Both the position numbers and the translations under genes were made by a program. Shown here piece after piece: positions 39,316 through 49,300 of a DNA stretch of 64,000 nucleotides. Source of the stretch: a virus (lineage: Duplodnaviria > Caudoviricetes). The first letter of the stretch is position 1. Each line of letters begins with the position of its first letter. The stretch lies in the IMG/VR virus record IMGVR_UViG_3300005714_000005, positions 41,751 through 105,750 of that record. One strand, written 5' to 3'. Under the pieces are notes generated by a model. The model made no database searches. It was not told where the DNA came from and saw nothing but the letters and a program-made list of their open reading frames with translations.

Positions 39316-40110
39316 TTAAATTTCAACAGAAGAAAGTCTCTCCTCTGCAATCTTGCAATATTCCTCACTAATTTCAAAACCTATGTATTTTCGATTGGAC
39401 AACTTAGCCATTTTGGCAGTTGTTCCACTTCCCATGAATGGGTCAAGAATAACGTCTCCTTCATTTGACCAGGAGAAGATATGGTCATGAGCCAACTGTT
39501 CAGGGAAGATTGCAGGGTGTTTATGTGCAACTTTGTCTTTTGAGGCGAAGCCGCCTCCCACGGTATATTTCCATATGTTATTTCTAGGTGAGAAATCAGG
39601 AACAGGCTTGATTTTAGAAGTTTCTTTTAAGTCATTATCCACTCCACGTTGGGTGTTCTTTCCCCAATTCGTATGTCCTGCCCATTTGTTGGGCTTGTCG
39701 CAAATCAGGTTTGCTGTCTTAGGTTTCCCTTTGCTAAAAACAAACATATATTCAAATATTTGAGTGTATCTGTTTCCATTTCTTTTAGCAGGAAAAGAAC
39801 TCGTGTTTTTCTCATATATCATTGTATCATGTAATTTAAAACCATTATCGAGAAAAGATAGAGCTTGCCTAAATGAAGTTCCAGTTTCTGAGCCATTTTT
39901 AACTTGGTCGCCAACTACCCAAACGACCACCCCTCCCACTTTCAGAACACGATACAACTCTTTTGCTATGTCATCAACGTTAAAAGAGAAACCATTGTAT
40001 TTTCTAATATTGTCATAAGGTGGCGAAGTTACTACTAAGTCCACAGTTTCGTTTTGTAATTGCTTCATACCTTCTAAACAATCCATATTATAGATTTTGT
40101 TTAATTCCAT
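39316..40110 (-). CDS. Orphan beta-class N4-cytosine/N6-adenine DNA methyltransferase
   Basis: TSPPY catalytic motif precedes the DPFMGSGTT SAM-binding motif; HPAIFP. Confidence 0.92.
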   Translation of the reverse strand: MELNKIYNMDCLEGMKQLQNETVDLVVTSPPYDNIRKYNGFSFNVDDIAKELYRVLKVGGVVVWVVGDQVKNGSETGTSFRQALSFLDNGFKLHDTMIYEKNTSSFPAKRNGNRYTQIFEYMFVFSKGKPKTANLICDKPNKWAGHTNWGKNTQRGVDNDLKETSKIKPVPDFSPRNNIWKYTVGGGFASKDKVAHKHPAIFPEQLAHDHIFSWSNEGDVILDPFMGSGTTAKMAKLSNRKYIGFEISEEYCKIAEERLSSVEI

Positions 40111-40121
40111 ATTTCTTCCTC

Positions 40122-42390
40122 CTAAATTTCACCTAGCAACATATGGTATAGGAATGTTCGCTTGTGTTTAATGTTACTTGTTCTAATTGCTCTATTCATA
40201 GCTTTTGTTTCCACAATTAGAGTACACTTCTTCTTAGCACGAGTAACTAACGTGTACAATTGCTCACGATTGAGCATAGTGAAGTGTGAATAGTCAAGAC
40301 AACCAATTAGATAAGGAATACCACTACCTTGCGATTTATGTGTGGTAATTGCATAGCCTAAGTCGATAGAGGTCAAGTCCTTAGCACCAACTTCAACTTT
40401 ACCTATATTATAGAAGTCAATTAAGGCATCTTCTAATTCTGAGCCTAAACGCTCAACTTCACCCATATTACCATTGAAAATATTTGGATCAGTTTTATAG
40501 TTATTCTTCAAGTTGATAACCTTATCACCTTTGTAGATAGTATAAGGTTCTTTCTTAGTTCCTAATTCAATGCCTTGCCCTCGTCTACGAGGTGATAGCA
40601 CAATATCTTGCACAAGTTGATTAACTTTATAACATGACGTACCATTTGACTTGGTAGGCAATACAACGCCTATCTGAGATATATCTTTACATTCTTTGTA
40701 CATCTCTTTAAACTCTTGAATAATCAAATCAATAGATGGTTTTGTTTCACCTTTTTCACATGAGAATCCGATGACTTTTAAATCTTGTAATTCACCTAAG
40801 ATTTCCTCACCAACCCAAGAATCTTTATATCGACATTTACCTTGAGCAACTTCAATAGAGAAAGGGATAATACCTGACTTAGCACCTTGTCGATGAATTT
40901 TATCAAACGTAACACAAGGAACAATTTCACTATCAATTAAATCTGTCATGACATTGCCAACACCAATAGACTCCAACTGATTGGTATCACCCAACATAAC
41001 TAACTTGCTACCTGTTGGAATAGCTTTGATTAAACTCAAGAATAATTGAGCATCAACCATTGAAGTTTCATCTAGGATTATCATATTATACTCTAGTGGA
41101 TTCTTTTCATTTCTAGTAAATCCATCACGACCAGGATTGTAACCTAATAATCGATGAATTGTATGCCCCTCTTGACCTGTAATATCGGTTAAGTTGACAG
41201 AGGCTTTACCACTTAAAGCAGTTTGAGCAAATGTATATCCGTCATCAAGACATGATAGCACACCTGCAACTGCGGAACTTTTACCTACTCCTGGCGTACC
41301 CCCTGATAATTGTGACATTTGAATCTGCAATAGCAAATACACCTTCTAATTGTCGCTCAGTAAATTCCCAACCTTGACGTTTCTCTTGTTGCTTAATGCG
41401 ACTCATAGCAACTTCTCTATCTAGTTGAATATTGTTGTCACCATTTTGCAAACGTTGAATATGATAGGCAATTTCTTTTTCCATTGAATAATATTCTTCA
41501 AGGGCAAATACGTCACCCTCATCATTTGGGATATGAATAACCTTGCCATCTTTAATCAATTGCTCTAGGCAATCATCCATTAACTCTAAATCTTTCAAAT
41601 CCAATTGGTCGACAATTGCACTTTCCAACAATTCTAAAGTTGTGTATGTATGCCCACTCTCTCCAATATTCTCAAAGTGATATAATATGTATGCTCGAAT
41701 AGTTCGTGGGTCATTGGCAGGGATACCAAATTTCTGAGCAATCTCATCTGCTTTAGAAAATCCAATACCCTTTACTTCCTCTGCTAATACATAAGGATTA
41801 CGTTTGATTTTCTCTAATGCGACATCAGGCGACTTATAATGAGATACTAACCTTTGCACCATATTAGGTGTTAAGCCAGTAGACACCAACTCAATATGTG
41901 AAGCACCACAATCTTTACACTCTAGGTATCTATCAATCATTTTTTGAGCAGTTTTAGCACCAACCCCTTTAACTTTGCATAAGGCTTGAATATCTTCATT
42001 CGCAAAAGCAGTAAATGGGTCATCAAGAGCATTATACATTTCTTCAATTTGTCTATCTGTTAAGAAAATAGACAAGAAATCACGTTTCTGATTTTCATTC
42101 TCCATAGGTCGAAATTCTTGACTATACGATACTTCATATTGCCACTCGCCATATTGCTCATTGTACACTTTCTTACCATGAATCAAATAGGTTGAGTTGT
42201 CATCTCGCATAAATACTTGATTACCAATAAGACTAACTTCACCTCTATTGGATTCAAATCCTTCTTCCTTAGCAGGTTCAATAATTTCAACTCGGTTAAT
42301 CTGCCAAGCACCTGACTCAACTTCTCTCAATTTCTTAGGATGAAATCGTCTGATAAACTTAACTTTAAATTTATATACTGTTTCTTCCAC
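40122..42390 (-). CDS. recD2: RecD2-like SF1B helicase with a +1 frame break in Walker A (~755 aa if joined)
   Basis: HhH and NPY.L..EVKGIGF in the first ORF; GVGKS, DETSM, LGDTNQL, HRQ, YAITTHKSQG, YTLVTRA in the second. Confidence 0.88.
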
Positions 42391-42424
42391 TCTCTCACCT
42401 CTCCTTATTAATGTTTACATTGTT

Positions 42425-42455
42425 ATTATATACTCCTAGTTTATAAAAGTCAACT
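42425..42455 (-). promoter_or_regulatory. Sigma-A promoter with dyad
   Basis: TTGACT-17-TATAAT; AGTTTAT-AAAA-GTCAACT. Confidence 0.85.
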
Positions 42456-42461
42456 AAAATG

Positions 42462-42493
42462 TGAATAAAATTTTAAAAAGTTGAATATAATAA
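42462..42493 (+). promoter_or_regulatory. Sigma-G-like antisense promoter, copy 1
   Basis: TGAATA-18 nt-TATAATA. Confidence 0.45.
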
Positions 42494-42515
42494 TTTTTAC
42501 CTAAGTAGATAAAAT

Positions 42516-42542
42516 AAAAAGATAGGAAATTAATCCTATCTT
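42516..42542 (-). terminator. Intrinsic terminator
   Basis: AAGATAGGA/TCCTATCTT plus T tract on the minus strand. Confidence 0.75.
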
Positions 42543-42801
42543 ACTCACACACCATAGCACTACTCATATCTAGCCAAGATACAAAATCCTTTTGATTAAA
42601 ATCATATTTCTCAATGGCTTTCAATTCTCCACTTTCATAGTAGTGTAATAATACATCGTATTCGCCATCTTTGAGGAAATCATGTTTCTCAATAACATCA
42701 TAGGCGAAATCAATGTTATCGGGCGTAACTGCTGTTAGCACAACTGTTTCATATTCTAGTTTATATTTCTCTTTCGCAATTAATACAAATACTTCATTCA
42801 T
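42541..42801 (-). CDS. Hypothetical protein
   Basis: 86 aa, AGGAGG RBS. Confidence 0.65.
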   Translation of the reverse strand: MNEVFVLIAKEKYKLEYETVVLTAVTPDNIDFAYDVIEKHDFLKDGEYDVLLHYYESGELKAIEKYDFNQKDFVSWLDMSSAMVCE

Positions 42802-42816
42802 ATGTATCTCCTCCTT

Positions 42817-43542
42817 TTAATATAGCCATTCATTTTCTAAATAGCAGAATGCGTATACTGCCCCACCAGTTAAACCTAACCATAGAATCCAAAACATAAC
42901 CAACCCCACAGTTCCTCTGCTAATCAAATAATCATAAGTGCCTTGTGTTGATATATTCTCATAGAGTTTAACATTTTTGCCAATGTTATTATCTTTCAAA
43001 TTGGTAAAAATCGTACCTTGCAATTGACTAGGAGTTCCATAGTATTTATATCTGACTTTTGAACTTGTCTTAATTGTTGTTATGTAGTTTGTACCAGGTG
43101 TTACAAATTGATTAAAATCAAACTCAATACCTAAGAAAGTTACCTTGTCAACTTTTCTATACTCTTTATCAACAGCATCCCAAGTCCAATATGTTTCAGT
43201 TCGATAGCAAGTTGATTTACCACATTGGTAGCTTACCGTTCTTGTGTGTTGAGTATATCTTTCTTTTACTTTCTTGAGGTACATATATTCACCCTCAATT
43301 TCGTTATAGGTGACTGGCTCTAAAGCAACCAGTTCACCATAAACGAAAGCATTTCCTACATTGGTATTCATTCCATATTCAAATAAATCTTTACTTTCAA
43401 TATGAATTGCCTTATTGTAGATTTCATTTTTATCAATTGTGTGTTGTTTAATTGCACCATGTATCCACAATCCAATTAACAACATAAAACACACAATACC
43501 AATACTTACAATTATTTCTCTCTTTGTAATCTCCATAATCAT
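42817..43542 (-). CDS. Two-TM membrane protein coupled to LemA
   Basis: N- and C-terminal TM helices; adjacent to lemA. Confidence 0.7.
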   Translation of the reverse strand: MIMEITKREIIVSIGIVCFMLLIGLWIHGAIKQHTIDKNEIYNKAIHIESKDLFEYGMNTNVGNAFVYGELVALEPVTYNEIEGEYMYLKKVKERYTQHTRTVSYQCGKSTCYRTETYWTWDAVDKEYRKVDKVTFLGIEFDFNQFVTPGTNYITTIKTSSKVRYKYYGTPSQLQGTIFTNLKDNNIGKNVKLYENISTQGTYDYLISRGTVGLVMFWILWLGLTGGAVYAFCYLENEWLY

Positions 43543-43546
43543 TTAC

Positions 43547-44092
43547 CTAGTTACCAAACAAGTTTGTTGGAGCATCGGATGGAGCATTATATTCTAAATA
43601 GTTAAACTCAATAGGTTCATAACCTAACATATCTAAGAACATACGATTAGGGAATTTCTTGACATAACGATTATATTCTTTAATTTGTTTGTTATAGTTA
43701 CTACGATATTGAGCAATTAAGTTCTCAGTTACACTTAATTCATTCATTAGAGTTTTATAGTTTTCATTTGCTTTTAACTCAGGATATGCTTCTGCAACAG
43801 CAGAAATTAATGTATTAACTTCACTAATATCGCCTTTAGATTGACCACGAGCTTCAACAACTTTTTGTAAAGTTTCTGCTTCATGTTTGTCATAGTTTTT
43901 AACTGTATCAACTAAGTTGTAAATTAAGTCAACTCGGCGTTTCTCTTGAACCTCAATGTCTGAATTAGCTGCTTTAACTTGTTCCTCTAAGACAAAAGCA
44001 TTATTTTGATACCCATTCACAAAGAATACACCTAAAATTCCAACAAATAGAATAGTTGCAATACTAATTAATACCAGTTTTAATCCATTCAT
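43547..44092 (-). CDS. lemA: LemA family membrane protein
   Basis: N-terminal TM helix, KRRVDLIYNLVDTVK.Y, EAYPELKANENY, TENLIA..R..YN, FP. Confidence 0.92.
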   Translation of the reverse strand: MNGLKLVLISIATILFVGILGVFFVNGYQNNAFVLEEQVKAANSDIEVQEKRRVDLIYNLVDTVKNYDKHEAETLQKVVEARGQSKGDISEVNTLISAVAEAYPELKANENYKTLMNELSVTENLIAQYRSNYNKQIKEYNRYVKKFPNRMFLDMLGYEPIEFNYLEYNAPSDAPTNLFGN

Positions 44093-44108
44093 AATATCAC
44101 TTCTCCTT

Positions 44109-44396
44109 TTACATAGTTTGATTGTACATAGAACGCATAATATCCTCTAAGAACTCAAATCCATAATATTCCTTAACTGGGAATAACAAACGTGAATTAG
44201 TCCATTTAGAATGCTTGATAGTCAAGATAATTTTATCTGTTGAGTATTCAGATTTATCATTTTCTTCATATAGGCAAGACACAATAAATTCTAAATCTCC
44301 ATCTTCACTTTCCTCTGCAAAACGTTCCTCTTGAATTTTATCAACTGCATATTGAATTGCTTCAATAATATCAAATCCCATAAATGACATATTCAT
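44109..44396 (-). CDS. Hypothetical protein
   Basis: 95 aa, GAGGAG RBS. Confidence 0.65.
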   Translation of the reverse strand: MNMSFMGFDIIEAIQYAVDKIQEERFAEESEDGDLEFIVSCLYEENDKSEYSTDKIILTIKHSKWTNSRLLFPVKEYYGFEFLEDIMRSMYNQTM

Positions 44397-44403
44397 CTCT
44401 CCT

Positions 44404-44982
44404 CTACTTACTTAAAATTTGTTGAACTCTGCCACTACGAACTTGAGCATCTAGTTCTAATTTCTTTAATTCAATTTGTTTATCAATCATTTCTTTTTCA
44501 TGTGCTTTAAGCAATTCAACTGTTGCTAATTCGTAGGCTTGTTCGTTACTCATGCCACAGTTTATAAGGGCAGTATATCGACCACAAATTTCAGATACGC
44601 CAACAATCCCCTTACAAAATTCTTCAACATCTAATGTGTAAGAGTTGTCCATATTGACCATTTTGATAGGCTCTAGCACAATAGGCTTTGTATTGGGTTT
44701 GCTTGTTGATACTTCTTCAAGCCCATCTTCAACTTCCTCAAGCTCGTCTTCTTCACCCATGACTTCTTCTACTACGCTTAGAATATTATGCAAGCCATTG
44801 TCACCAATTTCCTCAACGATGGCTTTGATGATTGGTGACAATTCTTCATTTGTTAATTGCTCAGTCATAACTGCAAACTCTAAATATGTAGTTCCTGTTA
44901 AGTCAATCTCTTGACCATCAATTCCAAACACTATAACCCCATTTAATTCTTCGATAACACTATTCATAGTTAATTTAGCCAT
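44404..44982 (-). CDS. Acidic hypothetical protein (start revised to 44982)
   Basis: AAGGAGAG RBS before MAKLTMN. Confidence 0.65.
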   Translation of the reverse strand: MAKLTMNSVIEELNGVIVFGIDGQEIDLTGTTYLEFAVMTEQLTNEELSPIIKAIVEEIGDNGLHNILSVVEEVMGEEDELEEVEDGLEEVSTSKPNTKPIVLEPIKMVNMDNSYTLDVEEFCKGIVGVSEICGRYTALINCGMSNEQAYELATVELLKAHEKEMIDKQIELKKLELDAQVRSGRVQQILSK

Positions 44983-44995
44983 ATATACTCTCTCC

Positions 44996-45583
44996 TTATA
45001 AGTTCTCAATTTTATGTGCAATTCCTTTTTCAATCGAATCCTGTGCATTGTACCAAATATCTGTATTGGTTACATATGGTCGTTGAATTTCTTCTTCTGT
45101 CATGCTAGTATTAGCACGTAGGTAGTCATTAACTTTGCTTTCTAACATTTTGTTAAATGCTAAGTCAACTTCCATTTCTTTGAAAGTTCCTCGTGTCATA
45201 GACGAACCCTGATGATTTAGCAAGAAAGCAAATTCACCAACAGTTCGATGAGTTCCACTAGCGTATAATATGAAGCCACAAGACGCCGCAAGTGAATTAC
45301 AATGTGTATGAATTGTATAACCATTTGCTTTCATTGTTTCAATTGTTTCTAATAGGGCGAATAATGCTAGAACCGAACCACCCTCAGAACAAATGGTAAT
45401 TCTTATGTATAATTCCTCTTTTGGTGTTTTCACCAAGCTATCGTATTCTCGTACCTTATTGAGTAAATCAATAATCTCATAACAATACTCACGAGTAAAT
45501 GCCTTATTGAAATGGATATTTCGTGTGTCTAACACTTGCACAATATCATTTAATGTATCTTGTTGCATAAGTAATGGATTCAT
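44996..45583 (-). CDS. ClpP-like serine protease (start revised to 45583)
   Basis: ICSEGGSV, LAASCG (Ser), NHQ (His), TDIWY (Asp), GIAHKI. Confidence 0.85.
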   Translation of the reverse strand: MNPLLMQQDTLNDIVQVLDTRNIHFNKAFTREYCYEIIDLLNKVREYDSLVKTPKEELYIRITICSEGGSVLALFALLETIETMKANGYTIHTHCNSLAASCGFILYASGTHRTVGEFAFLLNHQGSSMTRGTFKEMEVDLAFNKMLESKVNDYLRANTSMTEEEIQRPYVTNTDIWYNAQDSIEKGIAHKIENL

Positions 45584-45587
45584 ATTC

Positions 45588-46061
45588 TCACCCCTTGTTA
45601 ATATGGTCTGTTGCTTCTTGAATTGATAAACCTTCAATCAATACTAAATATTTAAACTTTGCTAAAATATCTTGTGCAATTTTCTTAGCGACTTCAATAT
45701 CATTTGCATGAATATCTCGTGCAACTAGACTAGGATTTTTACTCAATGAACGTTCTCTTAAATTCATTTGTTTAATTTCATCATAGTGTTTTATATCATC
45801 TTTATGGACAAAAACACTTCTAGTTTCAAGGCTATCTTTCTCTAAGTCAATATAAGCTTTCCAATGTTTATACAACTTGGTTTTTGGAAAATCTTGATTA
45901 CCTTGTTTGATAGGAATTACATAAAGGTTGTCACCATATCTAGTTCCACCATTACTATTGTGATAATAGCAATATTGTTGTGCTTCTTCCTCGTTTTCAA
46001 AATAACACTCTACATTCCAATCTGAATAGCAACCATAAAATACTCCATATATCATTTTCAT
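45588..46061 (-). CDS. Hypothetical protein bounded by 19-bp direct repeats (start revised to 46061)
   Basis: AAGGGGTG RBS; IYGVFYGCYSDW N-terminus. Confidence 0.65.
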   Translation of the reverse strand: MKMIYGVFYGCYSDWNVECYFENEEEAQQYCYYHNSNGGTRYGDNLYVIPIKQGNQDFPKTKLYKHWKAYIDLEKDSLETRSVFVHKDDIKHYDEIKQMNLRERSLSKNPSLVARDIHANDIEVAKKIAQDILAKFKYLVLIEGLSIQEATDHINKG

Positions 46062-46065
46062 ATTC

Positions 46066-46275
46066 TCACCCCTTGAAATTTTTAACTTTGTAATCACCAT
46101 GACGTTTCATATTCTCTTGACATAATCGGTTATAGTGATTATCGTTAAAATCTAATTCTTTCTTCTTATTTAATTTATCACGTTTATATGTATGAATCAC
46201 TTTTGCTACAACATACTTTTGACAACTTGCATGACAACCCACATAACGTTCTGTACAATCTTTACAACATTTCAT
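46066..46275 (-). CDS. Small Cys/His Zn-binding protein
   Basis: CCKDCTERYVGCHASCQKY. Confidence 0.7.
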   Translation of the reverse strand: MKCCKDCTERYVGCHASCQKYVVAKVIHTYKRDKLNKKKELDFNDNHYNRLCQENMKRHGDYKVKNFKG

Positions 46276-46326
46276 TTTATTTCTTCTCTCCTTGTGTTTA
46301 ATTTATTTAACTGCCTTACATTTATT

Positions 46327-46356
46327 ATTATATACTAGGAGTTTACAAAAGTAAAC
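46327..46356 (-). promoter_or_regulatory. Sigma-A promoter with perfect dyad
   Basis: TTTACT-17-TATAAT; GTTTAC-AAAA-GTAAAC. Confidence 0.8.
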
Positions 46357-46383
46357 CCCTAATTTAAACTTTTTTAATATTTT

Positions 46384-49300
46384 TTAATCTTCTGTGCGAT
46401 AACGTTCGTCTTGCAACAAGCATACACCATCTTCATATATCTTTTCAATTAAGCTAGTTGAGTGTGACCACAATCCGTTCTTGTATGACTTCACTCTAAA
46501 AATATCACCATTGCGAATACCACGAATCATGAGTAAATTACCTCGTTGAAACCATGACTTCTCGACAACTTTATTCTTACCTGTTTCTTCATCAGGAATA
46601 GAAATAGACTTGTCATAGAAAGCAAACTGCCCTGCTTGGTATTTACAATTGACAACCCCAAATTCAGTTAATAGGGTTAGGGTATGTTTATTTTTATTCT
46701 TACCTAAGACAACTCCACAAATTTGTTCAATTTTGAATTTAGGAATACGGATAACTTCACCCGTTTCCTTGTTAGTCTTTTCCCAATAATCCTCAATTAC
46801 AGGTTCGGTTGGTAATTCAAAGTGGTTGGCAATATTGTAGTATTCCTTATTGATATGACTCAATTCATGGTCACTATAGTACATGGCTAGACTTTCAAAT
46901 TCCCAAGAGGCAACAGTACCCTCTGCATGGGCTTTTTTGACGTCTCTGAACAACGATTCATTGTAGGCTTGTAATAACTCATCACTACGCATAAAGTCCA
47001 ACAGACGACCAATCTTACGCTTATAGATAGCTTCAAATGAATCTTTGCTTGTTGCTCCACTTTCTACCCAAATAGCACTTGAATAGTATTGTCCGTCATC
47101 TTCTACATACTCCCAATGTTTACCTTGTTGTAACTCAGGGAACATATTGAAGAAAGCATCAACAACTTCTTGGGTATCAACTTCATCTACACCATCTAAT
47201 AGATACCACTTTTTAGATTTCGTAACTTTATATCCATCAACTTTATGAAATGGTAATTTACCATCATCAACCTTAACACCTTGACGTAAATATTCTCGGA
47301 AATCATAATACATTAATTCCTCATCATATTCACTAGGGATTAAACCACGTTGGATTAATTGATCTAGGTTTGAAGCAGTAATTGCTTTCTTATTAGGATA
47401 TTCCATATGTAGATACTCATCAAGCAACTCAACTCGTGTCTTGTTGGGTTCAATCGTATCAAATGAACCTGCTTTGATTAGATTAATCATTTGCTCTTTG
47501 CTAATTAATGCTTTCTTTTGCACCTTGCCATCTTTGTTGATTACCTCTTGCTTTGTTAAGTGCAATCTATCATGAAAATCTTTCATTGACGTATAAGGTC
47601 GATTAGCAATAATAATCTCGGCAGTTTTATTATTGATTGATGATATACCCTTTAGACCAAAGATAATTGAGTTTGTTTGTTCATCGGGAATGAAACCTGT
47701 TAATGCTTTGTTAATGTCAGGCAAAGCAATAGTTACACCTTGTTTTTGTAAAGTTGCAATTGCTCCACCCATAGCTTCACGGTCAGTACCATTCTCTTTA
47801 TTCTCACCCTCAGTCGTTTCACGTTCAATAGCACCTGACTCTGTAAGCAATACAGAAGTTGCCCAATAGATAGGTGGGAATGAAGTAGCATAATAAGCCT
47901 CTTGTAATGCAATTTGACTATAAGGGATACAATGATGCTTACTAAATCCATCGTTTATACCCCCTCTTTCGAGGTACTTTAACACTAATTTAATAGTGGG
48001 ACTAGACTATATCTTCTTATGTGCTTATTAATTATAATATACTTTAGCAAATACCCATTTATAACCCCATACTGTTTTTCGTTTGCCTAAACAACAATGT
48101 GAGATTGCTCCATTATCTCTCTTTCCTAACTCCTTATAGGCTTCAGTTATTAGAGGATAATGTTTAATAAAATTACCTTCTAAGTCAAGTTGAACGCAAC
48201 CATCTGAACATAACCATTTATCATAAACGTCTTTAACAGGTTCATTATCAATGTCAACTCTTCTCCATTGATATTCATAATGAACACCACCATCAAAGAC
48301 TAATTTATTATTATATTGATTTTCTCTTATTCCTAGTTGTCTCATGGCTTCGCTTATTGAAATATATCTGCCTATGTATTGACCTCTTAGATCATAAACA
48401 TCAACTTCTTTTTGATGTGAGCATAGTTTATTATCCATAGCATGACGCATATTTTCTTCAGCAGTACACCACTCAAGGTTGGTTACACAATTGTTTTTCT
48501 TATTGCCATCTATGTGATTTACATAGCGTTTATTATCTTTATTTTCAATAAAATATTCTGCCACTAAACGATGGGCGTATAGATAATATTTATTTGAATC
48601 ACACGCTATACAATATTGACAATAATCTGATTTCTTATTAACTTTTGGTGTTAATACACCTTGTGTTTTCCAATGTAGTTTGTCAACTCGTCTACATCTT
48701 CCCAAAGAAGAAATTTCATATAAGGTTTCTTTGCTTTCAATATAAATTCTTTTCCACTCTTCCAATTTATTTTCCTTTCCTAAACACATAAGTTGTGGCA
48801 CTTCCAAACAAGGACTTTCACCTTGAATGTACTCTCTTCCGAGATAGTCGTTGCACGTTTCTGTCAATAACAGACTTCGCACAGGATTACCATATCATTT
48901 CTGACTTAGGCTTCCCCTGTTAGCTCATTAATTCATCATCATTTCCTATGATTACTCAGTCGTTTAATGAACACCCTATATTTATAGGTTCACCACAAAT
49001 GGGCTATTTGCTTAACCCCTCTTGCATCTTAATTTGAACATTCATTACATAATCTAGCAATACTTTTCGATTTCCTAAAGCTAGACCACATTTATAATAT
49101 TCTTCCTTAGACTTCTTGATTTTGGCTTTATCTTTTTTACTGATTGCCTTACGTAAAGAGTTGGCTTGAGGAATTGTAAAACCTGCTACACGTTTATCCA
49201 TACATAGCAACATCATACCCTCTTGATTAGATAAAGTACCACAATCGTAATCCAAGTGTTCGTGCATAGCTTGGCGTTCTTCTTCATTAAGTCCATAGTC

